NCBI GenBank assembly: GCA_030390025.1 | Contig: CM059432.1 | Span: forward strand, 85,376,001-85,440,000 | DNA length: 64,000 nt | Source of the DNA: Squalus acanthias | Taxonomy: Eukaryota | Direction of reading: 5' to 3' | Shown: piece by piece, positions 37,635-47,787 of the stretch | Layout of the letters: each line of letters starts with the position of its first letter | How positions within the stretch are numbered: position 1 is the stretch's first letter | Position numbers and translations under genes: made by a program | Notes under the pieces: model-generated | Told to the model about the DNA's origin: nothing | The model's input: only the letters and a program-made list of their open reading frames with translations | The model's database searches: none

Positions 37635-40464
37635 TTTCAAATAAAACTGTTGGACTATAACCTGGTGTTGTGCGACCTCTCTATTTATGAAGCCCAGGAT
37701 CCTGTATGCTTTTTTAACCGCTTTCTCAACCTGCCCTGCCACCTTCAACGATTTGTGCTCATATACCCCCAGGTCTCACTGTTTCTGCACCCCCTTTAGA
37801 ATTGTACCCTTTAGTTTATATTGCCTCTCTTCGTTCTTCCTACCAAAATGTATCACTTCGCATTTTTCTGCGTTAAATTTAATCTGCCACGTGTCCGCCC
37901 ATTCTACTATCCTGTCTATGTCCTCTTGAAATCAATGACTATCCTCTTCACTGTTCACTATACTTCCAAGTTTTGTGTCATCTGCAAATACACCCAAGTC
38001 CAAGTCATTAATATATATCAAGAAAAGCAGTGGTCCTAGTACAGACCCCTGGGGAACACCACTGTATACCTTCCTCCAGTCCAAAAAACAACCGTTCACC
38101 ACTACTCTCTGTTTCCTGTCACTTAACCAATTGTGGATCCATGCTGCCACTGTCCCTTTTATTCCATGGGCCTCAACTTTGCTGGCAAGCCTATTATGTG
38201 GCACTTTATCAAACGCCTTTTGGAAATCCATGTATACCACATCAACCGCATTGCCCTCATCAACCCTCTCTGTTACCTCATCAAAAAACTCAATCAAGTT
38301 AGTTAAACATGATTTGCTTTTAACAAATCCGTGCAGGCTTTCCTTAATTAATCCACACTTGTAGAGTGACATTTAGTTTTGTCCCGGATTATCGTTTCTA
38401 AAAGCTTCCCTACCACTCAGGTTAAACTGGCTGGCCTGTAGTTGCTGGGTTTATCCTTACACCCTTTTTTGAACACGGGTGTAATATTTGCGATTCTCCA
38501 GTCCTCTGGCACCACCCCCATATCTAAGGAGGATTGGAAGATTACGGCCAGTACCTCCGCAATTTCCACCTTTGCTTCCCTCAGCATCCTAGGATGCATC
38601 CCATCCGGTCCTGGTGATGTATCTACTTCAAACACAACCAGCCTTTCCAGTACCTCCTCTTTATCAATTTTTAGCCCATCCAATATCTCAACTGCCTTCT
38701 CCTTCACTATGAATTTGCCAGCATTGTCTTCCTTGGTAAAGACAGATACAAAGTGCTCATTTAGTACCTCAGCCATGGTCTCTGCCTCCATGCGTTGGTC
38801 TCCTTTTTGGTCCTTCATCGGCCCCACCCTTTCTCTTACTACCCGTTTCCTATTTATATGCCTATAGAAAAGTTTTGGATTCCTTTTTATGTTAGCTGTC
38901 TGTCTATTCTCATACTCTCTCTTTGCCCCTCTTATTTCCTTTTTCACTTCCCCTCTGAACTTTCTATATTCAGCCTGATTCTCATTTGTATTCCCAACCA
39001 GACATTTATCTGCTTCATCTTACTCTCTATCTCTTTCGTCATCCAGGGAGCTCTGGCTTTGGTTGCCCTACCTTTCCCCCTCATGGGAATGTACCTCAAC
39101 TGTATCGGAACCAGCTCCTCTTCAAGGCAGTCCATTGTTCGATTACAGTTTTGCCTGCCAATCTTTGATTCCAATTTACCCGGGCCAGATCCATTCTTAA
39201 CCCACTGAAATTGGCCGTCCTCCAATTAAGTATTTTTCTCTAGATTGCTCCTTGTCCTTTGCCATAGCTAATCTAAACCTTATGATACTATGATCACTGT
39301 TCCCTAAATGTTCCCCTACTGACTCTTGCTCCACTTGACCCACCTCATTCCCCAGAACCCGATCCAGCAATTCCTGCTTCCTCATTGGGCCAGAAACGTA
39401 CTGATCAAGAAAGTTCTCCTGAACACACTTCAGAAATTCTTCCCCCCTCTCTGCCCTTTACACTATTACTATCCCAGTCTATATTAGGATAGTTGAAGTC
39501 CCCCATTATCACTACTCTATAGTTCTTGCACCTCTCTGTAATTTCCCTGCAAATTTGCTCCTCTATATCCTTCCCACTAGTTGGTGGCCTATAGAATACA
39601 CCTAGTAGTGTAATGGCACCTCTATTGTTTCTTAACTCTAACCAAATAGATTCTGTCTTTGACCCCTCCAGGACATCCTCTCTCCCCAGCACTGTGATAT
39701 TCTCCTTAATAAATACTGCCACCCCACCTCCTTTCTTTCCTTCCCTATCTTTCCTGAACACCTTATATCCAGGAATATTTAGTACCCAATCCTGCCCTTT
39801 TTTGAGCCAGATCTCTGTTATCACCATGACATCATATTCCCATGTGGCTATTTGCACCTGCAGCTCTACAACCTTATTTACCACACTTCGTGCATTCACA
39901 CACATGCACTATAAACCTATCTTAGACCTTTTTGTGCTCTCTTAGTCTGAATCCACCTAATACCTTACTATTTCTTACTGCTATCTGTCTCTCCCAATCC
40001 TTTTTGCACCTTTCTCCTTTCGAATGCTTCCTCCTGGTGCCTATCCCCCTGCCAAATTAGTTTAAACCCTCCAACAGCACTAGCAAACCGCCCCGCGAGG
40101 ATATTGGTCCCGGCTCTGTTGAGGTGCAACCTGTCTGGTCTGTACAGATCCCACCTCCCCCTGAACCGGTCCCAATGTCCCAGGAATCTATAAAGCCCTC
40201 CCTCCTGCACCATCTCTCCAGCCACGCATTCATCTCCTCTATCCTCCTATTTCTATACTCACTAGCTCGTGGCACCGAGAGCAATCTGGAGATTACTATG
40301 TTTGAGGTTCTGCTTATTGATCTCTTTCCTGGCTCCCTAAAATCTGCCTGCAGGACCTCATCCCTCTTTCTACCTATGTTGTTGATACCGATATGGACCA
40401 CGACCTCTGGCTGTCACCCTCCCCCCTCAGCATGATCTGCAGCCACTCAGTGACATCCTTGACT

Positions 40465-41735
40465 TGTGAAGGAATAAGCAATATACCTATTCAGAGAAAT
40501 ACACTATTCTATAAAAAAAAATTGACGTTATTAAAACATGACAAACTGGGCTTGAAATTCTAGAAGCCTCAACAATCTAAAGCTGTGAACAGCATACAGG
40601 CTGTTGAGATAAGATAAGTTGTTGACACTGAATCAATAAACTTATTGAAACAGAAGGTTAGAGGTTCCTAAAGTCTGCAGCTTTGGAAAGAACACAATTG
40701 TATACCCTGTTAAAGTGTCTTAAAACAACACTTCGGAAAGAATCACATAAATTAAAGAAACATATGCCTTCGTGAAAATGACATCAAATGAAACACAGGA
40801 GACATAATTCTTAATACAACCAGTTGAGGTAACTAAGAAGACAATGGTGCAACCGGTTGAGGTATTCTAAATGCAAAAGATACAAACAGAAGACCTTAGT
40901 AAGAATGACATCAAATAGATGCTCCTGCTCCACACTGTTTTTTATGATGAACTTGAAACACCTAAAGGAGAGACACGAGTCTGCATGCTACAAGCTGATC
41001 TAACTAAGAATAGCAGGGGCCAGCAGAAAAATGACTAGAGATAATTAGCTTACATCAGCAGAAAACTTCAAAGGAAATACCACTGAGAAAGGCTATAAAA
41101 ATTGAACTTTCAAATGGGAAGACAGATTCGCTGTAAAGGGGCAAAGCGATTCTCGGCTTCAGAGGCAAGCTCTGTAAGTCTTCAACTCTTTGAGTCTCGG
41201 GGATCAAGGTACTTGTATTTGATTTTGGTGGATATCCTGGAATAAGACTAAGAAATGTAAAAATGTAATGAAGTTAAGATTTGAGAATAAGGATCTCTGT
41301 TAATAGAATTGTAAGATTTTTGTATTTGGAACTGTTAATGTTGCGATTGAAACACCTACTGCAAATTACATGTCGGTTCTTTAATAAATCTATATATTTT
41401 TAGAATTATCTCACACAGTACTTCTGTATCAAACTCGCGAACTCAATCTCTGTATGCTCTTTGGTGAGGAGTTGCAGAATTCTGGGGGAGTTTTCCGGAC
41501 CCTCATAATATCCGGAACGTTACAATCTAGCTAAACTTATTAAAAGTGCTATCTGGGGGACGGTAACCTCTTCAGGCTGTTCCTTTCCTTTAGGGAGAGA
41601 TAGCCTGGACCTTTAGACCCAATTAAGCGTCTTTAGGATTCGGCTACCTCAAACTTTAGTTGAAAGTGAACGTCTGGGGAATATGCCTGATCCGGGGTAG
41701 CCCAAAAGGGACTAGGACTAGTAATTATCCCTTCA
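40465..41735 (+). mobile_element. Solo LTR (ERV or LTR retrotransposon), 1271 bp
   Basis: TG...CA ends. GACT TSD at 40461-40464 and 41736-41739. Terminal IR TGAAGGAATAA / TTATCCCTTCA. TATAAAA 41094-41100 and AATAAA 41383-41388. No ORF. Host CR1 ORF1 resumes after it. Confidence 0.8.
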
Positions 41736-42249
41736 GACTCTGGCACCAGGGAGGCAACATACTATCCTGGAATCACGTCTGCAGCCGCAGAAATGCCTGT
41801 CTGTTCCCCTAACTATTGAATCCCCATCACTATTGCTTTCCCGAGTGCTAATGGGTTTGCGGCGGGGCGCACGCGACATTCACCCGGGATTTAGTGCTGC
41901 TGATAACATTTAGTGCCTACGCCTTTAGCGGCTGCCAGATTGTGACGTCAACGCGTGTGGAATGCCCCGTTAACGGCCCAGATGCAAAATTGACTGCTGC
42001 CCCTTGCCTTAGCGCCTGGCGTGAACAACAGCAGGAAGAGGAGGCGTGATGCAGTCGGATGGCCACTGTAGGAGCGGTATTTAAAGGGATCCACATCCGC
42101 TTTCATTTTAGTCACCAAGAAATGCTGCCTTCTCAGTTTGAGATGGGGAAACAGCCATTTTCAGTGAGGTAAACGTATATTACTTTCAGGAGTGTTCTGG
42201 CTGCTAAAAATTTGTCAGTTTCATTGTGCTGAGATTTCCTACACTTGGA

Positions 42250-43410
42250 TACGTTACTAGGGGCTTTACTGGCACTAGACCTCGCCCTCCAGCATCAACA
42301 TTAGAGGCATGGGAGGCAGAGACAAAGATTGGAAAATGTGGCCAGAGGGAAAAGGGCCAACAGGGCTGTCAACAGGAGGCCTTACCCTCCGAGGGTATTC
42401 CAGGAGCACTTCGCCTACATAAATTTAACTGAGGAGCAGTGTCTTAGAAGGCTCCGCTTCAACAAGGAGGTGGTCACAGAGCTCTGCCACCTCCTGCAGC
42501 CAGACCTTGAGCCTCATATCAGGACCACCACAGCTCTCTCAATGGCAGTCAAGGTCACCGTCGCCCTCAATTTCTATGCCAGCAGATCCTTGCAGTCTGC
42601 AGCAGGAGACATAGCTAATATCTCGCAGTTCACCATCCATTGCTGCATCCGGGAGGTCACAGAGGCTCTCTACAGAAGGAGAAGGGACTACATTTCCTTC
42701 CCCATGACCAGAAAGAAGCAGGATGAGCGTGCACATGGCTTTGCCAGGATAGCGGGCTTCCCCATGGTGCAGGGCGCCATTGACTGGACCCACGTGGCAT
42801 TGCGGGCACCGCATAACAATCCTGAGGTATTCCGTAACTGCAAATGATACCACTCACTTAATGTGCAGTTGGTGTGTGACCACAGACAGTGAATCCTCAC
42901 CGTCAATGCCCGCTATCCTGGCAGTAGCCACGATGCCTTCATCCTGTGCCAAATTGGTGTTCCAGCAGTCTTCCAGCCACCACATCAAGCTCACGGCTGG
43001 CTGGTTGGAGAAAAGGGCTATCCGATCTGCACCTGGCTCAGGACTCCCCTCCGCAACCCGAACACTGCTGCTCAACACTCATACAATGAGAGCCATGCCG
43101 TCACCAGGAACATCGTCGAGCAGACCATCGGAGATCTTAAGCAACGGTTCCACTGCCTTGACCGCTCGGAAGGAGCCCTCCAGTACTCAGCTGAGCGGGT
43201 GTCCCTTTTCGTCATGGTGTGCTGCATGCTGCACAACTTGGCCATCATGAGGGCCCAGCCATTGCCACCAGGCATAGCAGGACCACCTCAGGAGGAGGAG
43301 GAGAAGGAGGAGCAACAGGAGGAGGAACAGCAGCGAGGGAGGAGGCAGCCACTCAATCGGCCTTCTGGAAGGGCGGTCTGTGACCGCCTGATCAGACCTG
43401 CGGTTCCAAT
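42250..43410 (+). pseudogene. Harbinger DDE transposase
   Basis: ORF 42329-42847 (GAIDWTHV), continuing past stops through PGSSHDAF, GEKGYP, HAVTRNIVEQTIG, CCMLHNLA and an acidic tail. Confidence 0.93.
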
Positions 43411-43599
43411 AAATTCTACCCCACATCCTGGTTGCTTACCACATCCCCAACATTCCATCCATTTCGCTTGCCATATCACAGCGCAAAGCTGAAATGAGAG
43501 ACAGCACAAAATGAGCAAAATTCCATTAATAAATTTATCAACATTCAGTAAAAACATATATACAACAATATTAACTAATCACCCTGTGCAAACCCTTAC

Positions 43600-46296
43600 T
43601 TCCCTTCTTTACAGTACCTTTTCCTAATCTAGTGCTCCTACGTAGTCTGTCCCCAGTGGCTGCAGCAGGGCTGCTGGAAGGCTGCTGAGTGTCGGTGCCA
43701 GAGACTACAGATGGCCTTGCAGATCACCCTCGACCAGCTCTGAGCCTGGAAGGCCCGACTGTAGATAACAGGCAGCGACAAGGGCAATGGCGGAGTGCCA
43801 GCGGTGGGAGCAGGAATGCTGTCATCCTGAGAGAGGACAGCAGGTTCCTGCTCCACTGACCCACTGCCACTCCCCCGGGGCAGCACTTCAGCATCCCTAC
43901 CAATCTGCTGGAGCACAGATTGCTGGCCTGCTGCAACACCGTGAGATCCCCGGTGGACTGTGGTGGACCCAGCGATGATGGCAGCAGTCAGAGCTTGCAT
44001 AGCATCAAGCTGAGACTGCATGAAAGCAGTCTGAGACTCGATGGCAGCAACGATTGACTGCATTACAGCACTATGACAGTGCGTGGCTTCCACCTGTGCT
44101 GCAATGGATGCTGCCACATTGCCCATGACACACGGCATGAAGTCTGGTTCCCCACGGTCTCTCAAGGAGTCCACCATCCTTTGCAGACTGCCAAAGATGG
44201 GCTCCATGGTGTGCGCAGAGCTCTATGCACTGTTGGAGGCGGACTCCTCCATGCTCCTTACCATTGCCAACAGGCTCTCGGGCACCCTTGCCATTGCACC
44301 TATCATCTCCGTGTGTATGCCCATCACCCTTCCTGTGAACGCCTCCCCATCTAGGTCCTCATCTGAGTCCTGTGCAGCAGAACTTGCGCGTGAACTCGCC
44401 CTCCGGGGAGCTGGCTCCCGAGCTACCCTTTCCCCCTGGCCTTGCTGCAGCCCGCTCGTCCCCAGTGCATCACCCAGTGCAGACTCCTCTACTAAACCTG
44501 CCTCTAAAGATCGCGTAGTCCCAGTATCTGAGATGGTGCCTGTGGGTGAGACATGCAGTGACACGGTGCTTTCTTCCTCCTCCTCTGCTCCCGCCTCACT
44601 CTCACTGGGCGGCTCAGGGACAGGCTGGTCATCTGGTTGCTGATTACCTGAAAGTATAAAGGCACAAGACTCGTGTTAAAGTGAGGGCAGGGGGGCAGGA
44701 AGGGAGCAAGGAATGCAGGCAGTATAATGAGCTGGAAAGTGGGAAAGGCTTGTGCTGTGAGGGGAAGTGGGATGGGAGAAGAAGAGGGGATGAACATACC
44801 GTTGTTGCCCCCAAGGGGGTCGCCGACGGTCACGGCGCCCACCACCTGGCGCCCAATGACTCTCAACACTCGCTCCTCCAGGTCTGTAAGCTGTTGGATG
44901 TCCGCTTCACCCCTGCTTGTTCATTGCTGCTCCCTCCTATTGTGGGCCCTCTTGGCCTGCAAGAGAAAGGAAATTGTGTAAGTGAGTGTGCAGCTATGTG
45001 TTTGGGAGATGTGCCTGCCATAGTTGAATAGCTGTGACTGTAGGCAAGGCGTGAGATGTGGATGTGAGTTTTAGTAGGTAGAGATGCTTGCTGGGTGAGT
45101 GGTGGGGGGTGTGGTGGTTTGTGCAGTGTATACAGACTGAGGTTCAGGTGCTGGTATGTAGGAGTTTTTTTTTATTCGTTCACGAGATGTGAGCATCGCT
45201 GGCAAGGCCAGCATTTATTGCCCATCCCTAATTGCCCTTGAGAGGTGGTGGTGAGCCGCCTTCTTGAACCGCTGCAGTCAATGTGGTGAAAGTAGTCCCA
45301 CAGTGCTGTTAGGGAGGGAGTTCCAGGATTTTGACCCAGCAACGATGAAAGATCGGTGATATACTTCTAAATCAGGATGGTGCATGACTTGGAGGGGAAC
45401 TTGGAGGTGGTGGTGTTCCGATGCGCCTGCTGCCCTTGTCCTTTCAGGTGGGAGAGGTCGCGGGTTTGGCAGGTGCTGCCAAAGAAGCCTTGGCGAGTTA
45501 CTGCAGTGCATCTTGTAGATGGTACACACTGCAGCCACGGTACGCCGGTGGTGGAGGGAGTGAATGTTTAAGGTGGTGGATGGGGTGCCAATCAAGCGGG
45601 CTGCTTTGTCCTGGATGGTGTCGAGCTTCTTGAGTGTTGTTGGAGCTGCACTCATCCAGGCTTGTGTCTTGTAGATGGGGGATAGGCTTTGGGGAGTCAG
45701 GAGGTAAGACACTCACCGCACAATACCCAGCCTCTGACCTGCTCTTGTTGCCACAGTATTTATGTGGCTGGTCCAGTTAAGTTTCTGGTCAATGGTGACC
45801 CCCCCCCAGGATGTTGATGGTGGGGAATTCAGCGATGGTAATGCTGTTGAATGTCAAGGGGAGGTGGTTAGACTATCGCTTGTTGGAGATAGTCATTGCC
45901 TGGCACTTCTGTGGCACGAATGTTACCTGCCACTTATCAGCCCAAGCCTGAACGTGGTCTAGGTCTTGTTGCATGCGGGCATCGACTGCTTCATTATCTG
46001 AGGAGTTGTGAATAGCGCTGAACACTGTGCATGTTGTTGAAGCATGTACTCACCCTGACCACCCGAGTGAAGTCGTTGGATTTTTTACGGCACTGTGTGA
46101 GGGTCCTGATGACCACACTTCTGGCTGAGACGTCCTGCGCCACTTCCCTCCACATTGCCCTGAAGATATGGGGCAGTGGCCTCCTGCCAGTGGCCAGGAA
46201 CAGCACTGCCCTCCTTCTTTCGACTGCCATGACCAATGCCTCCAATGCCTGGTCGCTGAAACGGCGCGCTCTCTCCCTGGGACTGGGATCAGCCAT
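43600..46296 (-). pseudogene. Harbinger Myb/SANT-like gene, LINE inserted in intron 1
   Basis: MADPSPRERARRFSDQALEALV...WREVA...QCRKKSNDFTRVVR|gtgagt. Later exons ~44957-44800 and ~44648-43600, with frameshifts. Confidence 0.82.
45165..46030 (-). mobile_element. Zenon-like LINE 3' fragment
   Basis: Homologous to 33030-33900. Confidence 0.88.
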
Positions 46297-47787
46297 GGCG
46301 ATAAGAGGTATAGCTGTTGAGTTGCTTGGTGGTCGCCTTCAGAGCCAGCAATGTTAAGAATGAGGTTGTGCTGAATGATTGAACATCCCCTTTAAGAACT
46401 GGAAGGAGCCAGTGTGAATGATGAGTCCCGATTGGACTGCACCTGAAATTGGTCATAGCTCTGCGGGTAGCGCCCCGCTCTCTGTGTGTAGCGCCCTAAA
46501 TTAGGTGATTAGCACTCCAGTTCTCTATTGGAGCACTAACAATCAATTTAGCGGGAGGTCAGAAGGATTAGCGCCCAGCGCGAATTCTCCAACTTTTAAA
46601 ATTTAGTGCCCCAACCGGAGCGATACCAAATTTCTAGCCCATTGTCTCTATAGTGTTGCAAATCTTTGTTACAAAATTTTCCTCTGGAGCCCTATCCCTT
46701 TCTCAGAGGCATGTATGTCATCAGACCCCCATTTACATGAATTCATGAGTGTCCCACCTGATTCAGGCGGGCCCCTCAGCCGTCTATGAAAACACAGGAG
46801 GGAATGTGGCGGCAGACATGAGGCAGTAAGTCCACCGCTATGATTTTAACTCCACTATTGCCCTGTATCCACTGGGCGGAGGGAGTTTAAGTTGGCCCTA
46901 ATGTCTTTGTGAGAGGAGAAAAGGAGAAAATTGGAAAAGAAATGTGTATGTGTTTAGCAAGAACAGTTGTGTTCTCAGTATTATGCTTTCTTACATTGCA
47001 GACCGGATGACAAGCAATAGATGACCAACTAATCACTCATGACAGACAGTTTAGCATTTTCAATTCACGAATAAGTGCAACAATAAAAACACAACTCAGA
47101 TTTTTTTAAATAATTATTATTTTCTGATTAATGAATGAGGGTTACTGTCAATCGTGGGTTGCATGTAAGTTTTCATTTAGAAGTAATGTCATTGTTGTAA
47201 AATTCCTAGCAGTTTCACTATCTATCAAATTAAATAAATGGCCTCCTCACAAAAAGTAGCAGCTGTATGCCAGCTCAGCGAGTCAGTTGAAGGCAGCTAT
47301 AAAATTAGATTCTAACCTGTAGGCCTGTGCCAGTCATACAAAATAAGTCTGTCCCTGATCTAGTTTACTCAAGGAGAAAATTCTAACAAAATGCTTGGCC
47401 TTACAGTGTTTGAACAAAGTAGAAAAGGGAAAGTGGAATAAAAAGGGCAACGTTAGAACAAAAGATTTGCAAAAAATACAATAAAGTTTGTTTTGAAAAA
47501 ATCAGAAAGTGAGAAGCAACATAGGGATAGAGTGCAATGGAGCTTCAATATGTTGTGCCATTAACAGTAGGATGACAGTTTGTGACCAGGAGTTTCCATC
47601 TCAACTGTGCCACAGTGGGGATGACGTCAAGCACGTGATTCTCCACAGGGTCAGAGGTTGTCTGCCATCCCTTGTCATTCTCATCCACTTCTTACCAACG
47701 TGCTCAAGACTGGCATTGACACAGACTAGGAAGTAAGTTCGCAATGTCCTCTTTGAGAGGGAAGATGCATGGTGTAGGAAAGACTAT

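Larger units (their letters stand above)
36617..37678. mobile_element. Penelope-like element (family B, Neptune-like), 5'-truncated, with inverted pLTR
   Basis: Centre on minus encodes LRNTRQRKIIEQKLKAKFRTHEDGLNRDLGFMSRYMT* (GIY-YIG C-terminus). TSD CTCTATTTATGAA at 36604-36616 and 37679-37691. Confidence 0.88.
36658..37681. repeat. Long inverted repeat, ~490-bp arms, ~40-bp spacer
   Basis: 36658-37149 is the reverse complement of 37190-37681 with about 4 mismatches by eye. Confidence 0.97.
35146..41842 (-). mobile_element. CR1 LINE, near full length, with three nested insertions (MITE, PLE palindrome, solo LTR)
   Basis: Colinear with 958-4090: tail ~35150, RT 37687-38947, endonuclease 39197-39905, ORF1 esterase 40057-40460, resuming at 41736-41842. 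Confidence 0.95.
41843..46640 (+). mobile_element. PIF/Harbinger element, near complete (convergent transposase and Myb genes), left TIR not seen
   Basis: Transposase ~42250-43410 (+). Three-exon Myb gene 46296-~43600 (-). Right terminus AATTTCTAGCCC at 46629-46640. Confidence 0.92.

Noticed and set aside
36658..37681. Palindrome as an assembly artefact or foldback DNA transposon
   Set aside because: The arms differ at a few sites, a 13-bp TSD restores the host CR1, and the content is PLE coding end plus pLTR.
47509..47740. Short ORF ending at a GTAAGT donor-like site
   Set aside because: No recognisable domain and no partner exons.
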